45,642 bases of DNA from an uncultured Verrucomicrobiae bacterium. Its GTDB lineage: Bacteria; Verrucomicrobiota; Verrucomicrobiia; Limisphaerales; JAFGQR01. Both the position numbers and the translations under genes were made by a program. Below, in pieces: positions 28,011 to 38,083 of the stretch (position 1 is the stretch's first letter; each line of letters opens with the position of its first letter). The notes under the pieces are model-generated. The model searched no databases and was not told the DNA's origin. It saw only the letters and a program-made list of their open reading frames with translations. Location of the stretch: contig CAWBHS010000048.1 in NCBI GenBank assembly GCA_963788655.1, positions 1 to 45,642 of the forward strand, given 5' to 3'.

Positions 28011-29915
28011 TCAACCGTTCGCGGCCTGAAGGAGTTCTGCGGAACCACACTGGGAAGGCTTTTCGTAGTGCTCGCTGTTGTAAAACTCGCATTTCAGGCA
28101 GTTGGCCAGTTTTTGCGCAAATGATCCCTGGACTTTGCCGCCACATAGCGTACCGGCAACCTCGGCGCATTGCCGCCCATGATTCGGATAGGCCGGGCAC
28201 ACACCCAATTCCTTGGCCTTGGCGCCGCCGGCTTCACGTCCGCATTTTTTGTATTCCCAACAATTCATCGAGGGCCCCGAGGGCGTCGGCGCCATGGTCG
28301 CCATGGCTGCGGTGAGGGGATGATGCGAGGCAGCCTCCGCCAACGGCGCCGTCGGGCGGCTCCAGCCCTGGTTGGCGAAAGCAGAACTACTGCGGACAAC
28401 CACCGCGGGAGGAGCCGGTCGAAGATTTTCCTGTTGATCGCCGGCGTCATCCTCGCGCGCTGCGTCGGTTTGCTCACGGCTCACGATGGCGAGCAAGTCG
28501 TTCACCGCGTTTTTCAAATCGCGGGACTGACGGTCAAGTTCCCGGGCCGCGCTGGCGCTTTGTTCGGCCACCGCCGCGTTGGATTGGGTGATCTTGTCCA
28601 TCTGGCTGACGGCGCTGTTGACCTGCTGGATGCCCTGGTTCTGCTCGCGTGAGGCGGTGGCGATCTCCGCCACCAGGTTGCTGACCTGGCGAACCTTCTC
28701 GACAATTACGCCCAGGCTCCGGGCCACCCGCTCACTGATTTGCACCCCGCTATCGCTCTTCTGAATCGAGTCGGCAATCTTCGCGGACGTTTCGTGGGCG
28801 GCCTGGGCGCTGCGTTGCGCCAGGTGGCGCACTTCATCCGCCACGACCGCGAAGCCCAATCCCGCTTCCCCGGCGCGGGCGGCTTCCACCGCGGCGTTGA
28901 GCGCCAGGAGATTGGTCTGAAACGCGATCTCGTCAATCGTCTTGATGATTTTGGCGATGTCGCTGCCGGAATTCTTGATGTCATCCATGGCCTGGCTCAT
29001 GGCTTGCATTTCCAACGCGCCCTGATCCGCGGCGCGGCGGGCTTCGCCGGCCAACGCGTTGGCGGCCTGGGCGCCTTCCGTGTTGCGATTGGTCATGCTC
29101 GACACTTCTTCCAGCGAAGCACTGGTTTCCTCGAGCGACGCGGCTTGTTGCCCGGCGCCAACGGCCACGGATTGGCTCGCGCTGCTGAGTTCCGAGGCGG
29201 AGGCGCGCACCTGGTCGCTTTGCTGCTGCAGTTTGCCGGCCAGGCGGCGCAACGTGGTGGCCAGGTTGCGCGTCACGAAGTAAATCAGGGTGCCAATCAA
29301 ACCCAACAGGACCACGAGCACGACGGCGGAATCTTTCAGGCTCTGCTGTTTGGCTTCCGCGTGGGCCGAGGCAAACTGACGTTGCATTTGCGCCGCGGCA
29401 TCGTTGGAGAAGCGGTAATAGGTCACGCCGGCGGTCATGCCCTCCTTCCAGTCCGTGTGGCACTCCGTGCAGTTCTTTCGGACCAATTGTGGTTCGTAAA
29501 TTTCAACGCCCTCGGCGCCGGTTTGCCGGACGCGCTGCGGGTGGGTGTAAAGCTGGGTTTTGAGCGCATCGGGCAACCTTTTCTGATCGGCGCTCTGGTC
29601 TGAATACTGGCTGAGCTTGCCGTCCGGACCGTAGAGTGCGAACTGGTTGAACCCGGGGATGCCGCGCCGCAACTCGGCCATTTTCTCGAAGATGGTCATC
29701 TCGCCGCGCGCCAGGAAATCGTCCGTCGTAAAGTTCAGCACGTGCATGAGGTTATCCACGGAGTGGCGTTCGCGTTCCTGGAGCAAGGTCGAACTGGCGT
29801 CGGCCAGGCGGCGGCCCGCCCGTTCCGACTGGTAATATTGCAGGGCCTGGGAAAGCGGCAGGACCACCAGCAGTCCCCCCAACAGGGTTACGCTTAGTTT
29901 GGTTTGAACCGTCAT
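28011..29915 (-). CDS. Methyl-accepting chemotaxis protein with extracytoplasmic heme-c motif and C-terminal Cys-rich (two-CW-like) domain
   Basis: CTECH between the TM segments; MCP tip; [11 protein letters not shown]...CPA...C...GTLCGG...CLKCEFY tail. Confidence 0.92.
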   Translation of the reverse strand: MTVQTKLSVTLLGGLLVVLPLSQALQYYQSERAGRRLADASSTLLQERERHSVDNLMHVLNFTTDDFLARGEMTIFEKMAELRRGIPGFNQFALYGPDGKLSQYSDQSADQKRLPDALKTQLYTHPQRVRQTGAEGVEIYEPQLVRKNCTECHTDWKEGMTAGVTYYRFSNDAAAQMQRQFASAHAEAKQQSLKDSAVVLVVLLGLIGTLIYFVTRNLATTLRRLAGKLQQQSDQVRASASELSSASQSVAVGAGQQAASLEETSASLEEVSSMTNRNTEGAQAANALAGEARRAADQGALEMQAMSQAMDDIKNSGSDIAKIIKTIDEIAFQTNLLALNAAVEAARAGEAGLGFAVVADEVRHLAQRSAQAAHETSAKIADSIQKSDSGVQISERVARSLGVIVEKVRQVSNLVAEIATASREQNQGIQQVNSAVSQMDKITQSNAAVAEQSASAARELDRQSRDLKNAVNDLLAIVSREQTDAAREDDAGDQQENLRPAPPAVVVRSSSAFANQGWSRPTAPLAEAASHHPLTAAMATMAPTPSGPSMNCWEYKKCGREAGGAKAKELGVCPAYPNHGRQCAEVAGTLCGGKVQGSFAQKLANCLKCEFYNSEHYEKPSQCGSAELLQAANG

Positions 29916-29963
29916 AATTTTGTTTGGTGGGTTATGGGTTGAATAAACATCGGGCGGAATATC

Positions 29964-32900
29964 TTAGGTGGCCGTGGTTGAGGTTTCCACCGGACGTTCC
30001 AGTACCTGGCGTAGCGTTGCCAGCAACTGCTCGGTCGTGAACGGTTTGGGCAGAAACGCCTGAACGTTCGCGGTGGGATGGCGCGCTTCGGCTTCCTGGG
30101 CCGGCAGCCCGCTCATGGCGACCATCGGCAATTCCGGCGCCTGCCGGCGGATGGCCCGGATCAACGTCGCCCCGTCCATGATGGGCATCAACATGTCGGT
30201 GACCACCGCCTGGATGGCCTTCTGGTGGCGCATGTAAGTCATCAATCCGTCGGCGCCGTCCAGCGCCGGCAACACGCGGTAGCCGTGCTTTTCGAGCATC
30301 CGCTGCGCCACGTCGCGCACCGCCTCTTCGTCATCGACCAACAGCACCGTCTCGCCCTGGCCGCGCGGCAAATTGCGGGGGCGGATTTCGGTTTGGCCCG
30401 GGGCCTGGTTGGCCAGCGCGGGCAGGTACACGCGAAATTGCGTGCCGTAACCCAGCCGGCTTTGGATCTGGATGAAGCCCTCGTGGTTTTTGACAATGCC
30501 CAGGGCGGTGGACAGGCCCAAGCCGGTGCCCTGGCCGGGTTCCTTGGTGGTGAAGAACGGATCAAACACCTTGTCGAGGAGTTCCGGGGGAATGCCCAGG
30601 CCGGTATCCCCGACTTGCACGACGACGTGCGGGCCGGGGCGGAGTTCCGGGTGCAGGCGGGTGTAGGCTTCGTCCAGCACGAGGTTTTCCGCCGCCAGGG
30701 TGAGCGTGCCGCCGCGGGGCATGGCGTCGCGCGCGTTGACGCACAAGTTCAACAACACCTGATGGACTTGCGTGGGATCGGCGCGGATGGTCCACAGCTC
30801 ATCCGGGAATTGCGGTTGCAGCTTGATGTTCTTGGGAAACGTCTCCGCCATCACTTTCGCCATCTCCTTGAGCAACGGGCGCGGCGGGAGTTCGGTGCGT
30901 TGACCGGGCAGGCCGCGGCCGAAGGTGAGCAATTGCTTCACAATGTTCGCCCCCCGCTGCGCGCTGCCGGATAACAAATTCAACAACGATTCGTCGTCGG
31001 GCCCGGACGGCTGCTTCCGCAAGATATCCACCGCAATCATGATGGGCGAGAGAATGTTGTTGAGATCGTGCGCCACCCCGGTGGCCAGCGTGCCAATGCT
31101 CTCCATACGCTGGGCGCGAAGGAACTGGGTTTCCAGACGCTTCTTTTCGGTGATGTCCGAGTTGACGATGAGGATGGATTCCGGTTGTCCCTCGGCTCCG
31201 CGCACCAACACCCAACGGCTCTCGACAACTTGTGTCTTGCCGGGGGCCAGACAGCGCTCCAATTCCCCGGACCACTGGCCGCGCGCCAGCGTGGTTTCCC
31301 AGGCCTCGAGAATCCGTTCCAGGACTTCCGGGAAGAGAACGTCCTGCATCGCGCTCCCGCACAACTGACGGGCGGTTTGGCCGTGCATTCGTTCGGCGCT
31401 GCGATTGGCGTACTCGATGCGTTGCTCCATATCGAGCACCAGCACCGCATCCTGGGTCTGGTCCAGCAGCCCGGCCTGCCAACTCACTTTTTCTTCCGCC
31501 GCCTTCAAGCTGGTGATGTCTTCCAGGCACAACAGGATGCGGTGACGACCGTGCAGTTCGATCCGGGCCACCGACATGAGCAAGGTGAGCCGGCTGTCAC
31601 GTCCCCCCGCGACGCTGGGCTGCACGGCCAGCCGTTGGCACGGATCGCCCGTTGTCAGCGTTTTCAGCACCGCCGTCCGCATCGGACAACCGGCACACTC
31701 CGGGCCGTACCCGCACCCGCGCGGATCGTCATGGACGTGCAGGCAACCTATGAATTCGCCGCCCCGTTTGCCCTGCAATTCTGATTCCGGGCGGCCGGCG
31801 AATTGGATCGCGGCCTGGTTAACTTGCACCACACGCAGGTCTTCATCCAGCAGGCAGATCATGACGGGCGCGTGATTCAGCGTGGCGCGCAATTCCGCTT
31901 CGCGTTGCTGCAACGCCTCCTGGACCGCCTTGAGCGCGGTGATGTCGCGCGTCAGACCGCACAGGCCGGTGATCCGGCCTTGGGCGTCGCGCAGCGGCAC
32001 CTTCACGGTTAGAAAGCTGCGCGGTTGGCCCCCGACCGGACGGGTATAATCGCCTTGCACGGTTTCCCCTGCCAGCACCCGGACGTCCACCGCGGAAATC
32101 TGTTCCGCATCCCCGGCTTCCCACAACTCCGTATCCCCCGCGCCGAGCAACGCGGAGGCGGGACGGGCAAACAAGTGTTCCATGGCCGGATTCACATGGG
32201 TGTACCGGCCGTTCAGGTCCTTGATGAAAATGGCGTCCGGCGCGGCTTCAAAGATGGCCCGCAGACGTTCTTCGCTTGCTCTCAACGCACGTTCGGTCTG
32301 CCAGCGCTCGGTGATGTCCACCACGATGCCCCGGACCCCGCCCGGGGCATCGTCGAGCCAGATCGCGGTGGCATCGATCATCACCGGGAACGTCGTGCCG
32401 TCCTTGCGCTGGGCTGTGTATTCTTCGGGAGGAACGGTTTCCCCGCCGGCAATCCGACTGACGTTGGCCCGCGCACGCTCCCGCTGTGCCGGCACCACCA
32501 TGTCCCAAGCTTCCAGGCCCTTGGTAAAATCGTCGGGGTCGTAGCCAAACGTGACAAAGGCCTGCCGGTTGACGAACGTCAAGCGTCCTTCAAGATTCAT
32601 CTCGAAGACGGTTTGCGGCAGCCGCTCGGCCAACTCCCGGAAGCGTTGCTCATTGCGCAGGAGTTCTGCCTGGGCCTGCTTGCGCTCGGTCAGATCCCGG
32701 CAGACACTCAGGATCAACGTTTGCCCCTGGTGCTCGAAGCGCCGTACGTTTACCTCGACGGGCACAACCGTGCCATCACGCCGGCGTTGGGTGGACTCAA
32801 AGAGATGATGGCCCTGCCGGGAAACAACCTCCATGCGTTCCGCGATCATGGCGGATGCCGCGGGCGCATCAATATCGGCCACCGTCATCCCCAGCAATTC

Positions 32901-34181
32901 GTCCCGCGAATATTGCAGCCGTTCGCAGGCGGTCCGATTGACTTCGACGAACCGGCCTTTAATGGGGTCGAAGATAAAAATGGCGTCCATCGCGTTGTCG
33001 AACAGCGCCCGGAATTTCTCCTCGCTGGTGCGCAAGTCCCGTTCGGCTTGTTGACGCTCGGTGATATCGGAAACCACCGTCGCGAATTGGCCGGGCTTGG
33101 GCGAGAAGACCGCGATCTGGAAATGGCGCTTCAGGGACGGCACTTCCGTTTCGAATTGCACCGGCTCACCGGTGAGCGCCACGCGGCCGTAGGTTTCGAT
33201 AAACGCGGCCGCATCGAGGTCCGGCAGCGCCTCGGTGACGCATCGGCCCAGCAGTTGAGGGCGGGCCAGCCCGGTTTGCGTTTCAAAGGCGCGGTTGACT
33301 TCCAGGAAGCGATAATCCACCGGCTGGCCGGCGGCGTCGGTCACGATTTCGTGCAGGGCGAAACCATTCAAGGAGTGGTCGAACAAACCGCGGTACCGCG
33401 CCTCGCTTTGGCGAAGGCGGATTTCCGTGCGCTCCTGAGCCTGGATGCGGCGCCGCACGTACCGTCCCCCGCCCACCAAGCCCACCAAGCCGAGGACCCA
33501 AATCAGTCCGTGGTTCAATAACACCGCGCCCAACTGGGCGTTGGCGTCTGCCAGATAGGGCCGCATTGGCACCGACACACTGATGCCCCCGCGGATGTCG
33601 CCCAGCCGGTAACCTTGGTCCCCATGGCATTTCAAACAGTCGGATTCCACGCGCATGGGACGCATCAGACGCAAACAGGATTGGCCGTCGAGCGGCTCGA
33701 GGGAACTGACTTCCGTGGCGCCGGTTTCGAAGGCTCGCAGGGCATTTGTTTCCCAGGCATCCGCGGCATTTTCCGGCCGGATTGGCTTCAAGCTGGTGAT
33801 GTGATCCTGCACGCCTTTGGCCTGGCGGGCCATTTCCTGGACTTGCCGCGTCATGGAGGCCGGGTTGACCAGCGTGAGCTGCTGGCCCGAGGGAAGCGTC
33901 AGATCGCGTTGGGGCACATGGGCCAAATTGGGATTGGGCGGTGTCTGCGGTGTCACGGGCACATACACACCTCCATGCATGGCGACCCACCGGCGATAGA
34001 GCAGATCCTTCGCAAAACTCAACCGGGCCGCTTGCCGGGCCATTTCCTTGCCGTGGCGCCGCAGCCCCAGCCAATCGCACCCGGCGGAGGCGGCCACCAT
34101 CAACGTCCACCCCACGGCCAAAACCCACACGAGCTGGTTTAGCCGTGGCACTGACGATCGCATTTCAGGAAGTTGCTTCAT
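29964..34181 (-). CDS. Hybrid sensor histidine kinase (DUF3365-like heme-c sensor, six PAS, HisKA, HATPase, receiver)
   Basis: HGGVYVP...CLKCH...GDIRGGISV; six DITE-type PAS ends; AHDLNNIL, DPFFTTK, GTGLGL; LLVDDE...TDMLMP...PKP. Confidence 0.95.
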   Translation of the reverse strand: MKQLPEMRSSVPRLNQLVWVLAVGWTLMVAASAGCDWLGLRRHGKEMARQAARLSFAKDLLYRRWVAMHGGVYVPVTPQTPPNPNLAHVPQRDLTLPSGQQLTLVNPASMTRQVQEMARQAKGVQDHITSLKPIRPENAADAWETNALRAFETGATEVSSLEPLDGQSCLRLMRPMRVESDCLKCHGDQGYRLGDIRGGISVSVPMRPYLADANAQLGAVLLNHGLIWVLGLVGLVGGGRYVRRRIQAQERTEIRLRQSEARYRGLFDHSLNGFALHEIVTDAAGQPVDYRFLEVNRAFETQTGLARPQLLGRCVTEALPDLDAAAFIETYGRVALTGEPVQFETEVPSLKRHFQIAVFSPKPGQFATVVSDITERQQAERDLRTSEEKFRALFDNAMDAIFIFDPIKGRFVEVNRTACERLQYSRDELLGMTVADIDAPAASAMIAERMEVVSRQGHHLFESTQRRRDGTVVPVEVNVRRFEHQGQTLILSVCRDLTERKQAQAELLRNEQRFRELAERLPQTVFEMNLEGRLTFVNRQAFVTFGYDPDDFTKGLEAWDMVVPAQRERARANVSRIAGGETVPPEEYTAQRKDGTTFPVMIDATAIWLDDAPGGVRGIVVDITERWQTERALRASEERLRAIFEAAPDAIFIKDLNGRYTHVNPAMEHLFARPASALLGAGDTELWEAGDAEQISAVDVRVLAGETVQGDYTRPVGGQPRSFLTVKVPLRDAQGRITGLCGLTRDITALKAVQEALQQREAELRATLNHAPVMICLLDEDLRVVQVNQAAIQFAGRPESELQGKRGGEFIGCLHVHDDPRGCGYGPECAGCPMRTAVLKTLTTGDPCQRLAVQPSVAGGRDSRLTLLMSVARIELHGRHRILLCLEDITSLKAAEEKVSWQAGLLDQTQDAVLVLDMEQRIEYANRSAERMHGQTARQLCGSAMQDVLFPEVLERILEAWETTLARGQWSGELERCLAPGKTQVVESRWVLVRGAEGQPESILIVNSDITEKKRLETQFLRAQRMESIGTLATGVAHDLNNILSPIMIAVDILRKQPSGPDDESLLNLLSGSAQRGANIVKQLLTFGRGLPGQRTELPPRPLLKEMAKVMAETFPKNIKLQPQFPDELWTIRADPTQVHQVLLNLCVNARDAMPRGGTLTLAAENLVLDEAYTRLHPELRPGPHVVVQVGDTGLGIPPELLDKVFDPFFTTKEPGQGTGLGLSTALGIVKNHEGFIQIQSRLGYGTQFRVYLPALANQAPGQTEIRPRNLPRGQGETVLLVDDEEAVRDVAQRMLEKHGYRVLPALDGADGLMTYMRHQKAIQAVVTDMLMPIMDGATLIRAIRRQAPELPMVAMSGLPAQEAEARHPTANVQAFLPKPFTTEQLLATLRQVLERPVETSTTAT

Positions 34182-34547
34182 CCATGAGAATGGATTCGCG
34201 GTTCGCGAATTTACCCGGCGTCAGCGCAACAGCTTTTGTGCCGAAGCGGCTTACGTAGTTCTACCGGCCTAATGTCCGTGACGATGGGTTTTGAGCAGAA
34301 ACGGCTCAAACCTCTCGAGGTATGGGTTCCCGGAAGGAGAAGAAGAGAATAAACGACTGGCTGCGGTTAACGGCATCAGCAAGTGCGATTCTGGGATTCA
34401 CTGACCCGTGAACAGATCGCGCGGAAGTCGAACCAGTACTTTGCTTTGCCTGGCCCCTTCGTTTGCTTCGTTTGCTTCAATGTTCCGTGTCAGGCGCATG
34501 TCCGAGCGGCAATTCCGCCCTGCCAAGCATCGAATTGAAACAACTAA

Positions 34548-34741
34548 GCCGTGACTATTCAGTAGGACAGGCGTCCCGCCTGTCCCGAACGAGTGCAAAC
34601 CAACGACTTGTATCACGGCGCCGCGAGTATTTCTATGTCACCAAACGGTGAGGATGCCATAGGCTATTCGAGACAGGCGAGACGCCTGTCCTACCACGCC
34701 GAACTGCCTCATCGCCGCATCAGCCACTGAATTGATACGGC
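34548..34741. mobile_element. 194-bp MITE-like element, copy 3
   Basis: GCCGTGACTATTCA...TGAATTGATACGGC flanked by TAA/TAA, at the stop of the response regulator. Confidence 0.85.
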
Positions 34742-35118
34742 TAAGCGGCCTTTGCCGTTCGCAGCACTCGACGGATATCCATCAGCAATTGGCTCCGCAC
34801 CAACATCTTGCTGGTGAACGCATCCGCTCCCTGTGCGCGGGCTCGTTCCCATAGATCCTCTTGATAGCCGAAGCCGGTAAACACAATCACGGGCAGATCC
34901 GGCCGGGTGGCCTTGAGTTCGCCCAGCAAGCTCAAACCATCTTCCCCGCCAAGATCAACGTCGAGCACCGCCAGATCCACCGGGCCGGCGGCGACCGCTG
35001 CAAGCGCTTCCTGCCGGTTGTGCGCCGCCGTCACCCGGTAGCCATGCTCCTTCAGGAACAAGGCTACGGCGGTCTGAATTTCGTGGTCATCATCGACCAC
35101 CAGGATGTCGTGAGTCAT
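34741..35118 (-). CDS. Single-domain response regulator
   Basis: ILVVDDD, VLDVDL...DGL, VIVFTG, FTSK. Confidence 0.9.
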   Translation of the reverse strand: MTHDILVVDDDHEIQTAVALFLKEHGYRVTAAHNRQEALAAVAAGPVDLAVLDVDLGGEDGLSLLGELKATRPDLPVIVFTGFGYQEDLWERARAQGADAFTSKMLVRSQLLMDIRRVLRTAKAA

Positions 35119-35274
35119 GGGCTGATCTTTCCAGAGTTCTTATGTAAAACGTGTGTATTGCCACAACACTCAAGCCGAAGTCGTAGCAAGATGCTCACCA
35201 CAATTGGCAGGAAGTTCCTGAAGAACTGTGGAACTCGATCTCAGATTGGCGCTTGTGACTTGGACCTTCTCTTA

Positions 35275-36106
35275 TTAAAGGCCGGCGTCGGCGCCGTACG
35301 GCACCAACTCGGCCATACGCCAGTGCCCCGTCCCCATCCGTTGGCACGATCCCAGTGTGGCCATCCGTTCGGAAACCGCTCCGTACGTTGTCAATGCGGT
35401 TCCGCTTACTCCGACAATGCCACCCCTAAAGTCCAAACGGATCAACGATCGAAATCGGGTTTCCATCAAACGCAACGCAGAAGTTCAACCCGCCCGAGAA
35501 TCCCGCCGGCTCAAGATTCAGGAACTGGCACAGGTACGGGTTGTAGTAACTGCTCCGCATGCAAAGGAGGCCGTTGGCATCGGTCTGCACGCCGTAGCGT
35601 CCGTTGCATAGAAACGGAGGTTCGTGCCGCTCCGGCACGTCAGGCTGCCGTAGGCCGAGTATTCGGCGCGGTCGGTCACGTTGCCATTGGCGTCGTAGCC
35701 GTAGCGGATCACGTAGCCATCGGCGTTGGTGAAAGCGGTCACGCGGTCGGTACGCGTCAAAGCCCCAGGTGTTGGTCTGCGTCCCCTCGCTGACGGTGGT
35801 GAGGTTGTTGTTCGCGTCGTAGCGGTAGTACGTGGTGCCCACCCCATCGGTGCGGTTGGTCAGGCGGCTGCGGGCGTCGTAATAGAAATTGGCGGTGTTC
35901 GTGCTGGGTTCGATGACCGTCTGCAACCGGCCTCGATTGTTCCAGCCTTGTGAGGTGACCCGGCTCAGCGGCGTGGTGGTATTCGTCAGCCGATTGGCGG
36001 CGTCAAAGTGGAGAAACAGCCTCCGCTCTGGCGGATAGCCAAAGGCCGACACCGCCAGCAGCAGGAACAAAGCGAATTGAAGCCGGCGCTTCATGGGCTT
36101 ATCCAA
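35275..36106 (-). pseudogene. Degenerate Rhs remnant (leader, YD repeats, eroded core end)
   Basis: YD repeats split across frames. YNPYLCQFLNLEPAGFSGGLN...NPISIVDPFGL is followed directly by a stop. Confidence 0.8.
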
Positions 36107-36381
36107 AGCGCCAACATAGCTGGAACAGTCGCATCCCTGACCGAAAGCGAACCGGGCGTGCTGAGTGAAGAACGCTCAACCACACTCTTGTGTTGACCGG
36201 GACAGTGCCACGAGGCGGGCAAGGCATTGGGGTGTTGAGTGTGAGTAGGTGAGCCTTCCTTCGCAGTCGAAGCGTTCGTAACTGAGAAGCTCTTCCAGCG
36301 TTTTAAATTCATTGGCAACTCGGGTGCTATGGTTGGCGTGTGAAGTTCATTTTAACCGTCGCCAAATGTTCGTGGTGGCCC

Positions 36382-36675
36382 TCATCCGAGGCGGACGACT
36401 TCGCCTGTTGCGATTTCCTTGCCTTCCCAAAGTCTCACCGGTTTTCCCGGTGACAGCTTCGACAGCACCAGATCGGGATTTAGGAACTTGACCGGCAACT
36501 CGTAGCTTTCGCCAAGCTGGAGCGTCTGAGCGTTGACGAGCAGCCGGCAGTCGAATGCTTCTCCCTCGATAAAGAGCGGACACCCGTAAGGCGTTTCGCC
36601 GATAACAATTGGGCCTTGCCGACCGCCTTCTGCCGTGGTCTTCAAGCGCACTTTGATAAACGCGTCTGGATTCAT
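36382..36675 (-). CDS. Putative immunity protein resembling EF-Tu domain III
   Basis: Directly after orphan toxin 3; EGGRQGP...GESYELPVKFLNP...EGKEIATGEV. Confidence 0.7.
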   Translation of the reverse strand: MNPDAFIKVRLKTTAEGGRQGPIVIGETPYGCPLFIEGEAFDCRLLVNAQTLQLGESYELPVKFLNPDLVLSKLSPGKPVRLWEGKEIATGEVVRLG

Positions 36676-36683
36676 ATTCGTGT

Positions 36684-37103
36684 TTATGGGCGGGGAATTG
36701 GCATTGTGGGGAGCACCTTTGGAGTGAGTCCAGGCAGGCGATTGTTCGGGATCACCCAAGCGGGAATGCCGCGGTCAACCGTTGCCGGTGTGAGACCTTC
36801 AAAGATGCTGTTTGGCACTCTGGTCTGGATGAGCGTGTAGGGAGGATCACCAAAGCCGCGCACCGCCTGTTTTGCGTACGAAGAAGCTGCCTCAGCCGAA
36901 GTCGTAAAATACTTTCCTTCCGCCGAACCGAGGTTTCTCAAAATGTTGTTTGCCTGAATGTCCGCTAGTTCTGCCGGTCCTACGGCGCGGTAGAGTGTTG
37001 TCTCTGCGGCAAGAGTGGAATGCCAAATTTCGGCATTTCCCTTCATCGCCGGGCCGCTCAGAAAAAGGAGCAGCGTCAGCAGGCTTACGATGATGTTCGC
37101 CAT
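36684..37103 (-). CDS. Orphan toxin 3 with hydrophobic leader; possible ADP-ribosyltransferase-like tip
   Basis: Leader MANIIVSLLTLLLFLSG...HSTLAAE, then LYRAVGPAELADI...EGKYFTTS. Confidence 0.65.
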   Translation of the reverse strand: MANIIVSLLTLLLFLSGPAMKGNAEIWHSTLAAETTLYRAVGPAELADIQANNILRNLGSAEGKYFTTSAEAASSYAKQAVRGFGDPPYTLIQTRVPNSIFEGLTPATVDRGIPAWVIPNNRLPGLTPKVLPTMPIPRP

Positions 37104-37465
37104 TATTTCACAAATTCGCGGTCGATGGTCTTTCCAGTATCGAGATCAAGCTTCAGCATCCAAGAACTCCAAGTCCATGCACGCAATCCGTCAGCCGTCA
37201 TTTCAAATTCGACGAACGCGTCGGGTTGATCGGAAAGTTCGGCTTTCCAGATCACATTTCCATCACGTCCAACGCAGAACAGGTTTTCAAAAACTTCCTG
37301 TTTGCTCGCCATTCTATCCAGCAAGATCAAACACCTGTCGGTATCAATTGGCAAAGCTGCGTCCACTTTCATTCCTTGAAAGCTGCCGTTCCAACTGACT
37401 GTGCCATTATCCGCTCGAAAGATGGCGAACTCGCGATTCGGAATCGAAAAAATTTCGGTAGGCAT
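37103..37465 (-). CDS. Putative immunity protein for orphan toxin 2
   Basis: Starts 3 bp after the toxin stop; NLFC...GNVIWKAE...DLDTGK...FVK. Confidence 0.75.
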   Translation of the reverse strand: MPTEIFSIPNREFAIFRADNGTVSWNGSFQGMKVDAALPIDTDRCLILLDRMASKQEVFENLFCVGRDGNVIWKAELSDQPDAFVEFEMTADGLRAWTWSSWMLKLDLDTGKTIDREFVK

Positions 37466-37468
37466 AAA

Positions 37469-38083
37469 TTAAGGGCGCAATGGAATACCTGGTCCAAAGT
37501 TCGCGTTCGGGATTTGTTCCAAGAGTTGAACTTGAACACCGCCGCCGGTGAGACCGTTAGCACCGGCTGCTGTTCCAATCTGATAGCGAGTCCCGCCCGG
37601 AACAAGAACCTCTGAGTAGAACTGCGCCGTGTTCGCTGAAGGTAGAGCAAGACTTTCGATGGCTGACGCCGCGGAGGTGGGACGGATTGGTGAGAGCCAC
37701 GGTCCTGCTTGTCGTGAGCCGCCACCCCAAACCCGATACATCGTCGTATCCGAAGCAGCCGTTACGCTTCGTATCTCGCCTGCCCAAGGCTGATACCCTG
37801 TGTATGCCGGAAGAAGTCTCGTCCCTGTTCTTTCTGCGGCAAAAAATTCCGCAAATTTGGAAAAGCTGACGCAATCCCCAGGCGTTCCTTTTTTCTTTTC
37901 GCCCGTGGTGGGCACAGAGGCGGGGTCATAGCCACCGGCGGATTCGCCGTTGCTGTAGTAGGCAACTATTGTTTGGTTTTCCGCGTCGTAAGCGAAGATG
38001 GAGGGCGGAGCGAAAGTTGTGGAGGCAAAACATGCCCACAAAAGCAGCACAAAGCGCAGTCGTAGCCAAAGCGCGTTCATCAT
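37469..38083 (-). CDS. Orphan toxin 2 with leader; TNT/Tne2-like NAD(P)+ glycohydrolase-type tip
   Basis: YRVWGG...GPWLS...LALP...VPGGT...GTAA...GGGVQ motif string after FFAAE. Confidence 0.7.
   Translation of the reverse strand: MMNALWLRLRFVLLLWACFASTTFAPPSIFAYDAENQTIVAYYSNGESAGGYDPASVPTTGEKKKGTPGDCVSFSKFAEFFAAERTGTRLLPAYTGYQPWAGEIRSVTAASDTTMYRVWGGGSRQAGPWLSPIRPTSAASAIESLALPSANTAQFYSEVLVPGGTRYQIGTAAGANGLTGGGVQVQLLEQIPNANFGPGIPLRP

Noticed and set aside
22319..33521. Long antisense ORFs (e.g. 22319..23710, 25741..27174, 32025..33521)
   Set aside because: Shadow ORFs opposite well-supported genes in GC-rich DNA.
36091..36350. Additional immunity gene between the EF-Tu-like ORF and the Rhs remnant
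   Set aside because: No intact, convincing frame; possibly a decayed gene.
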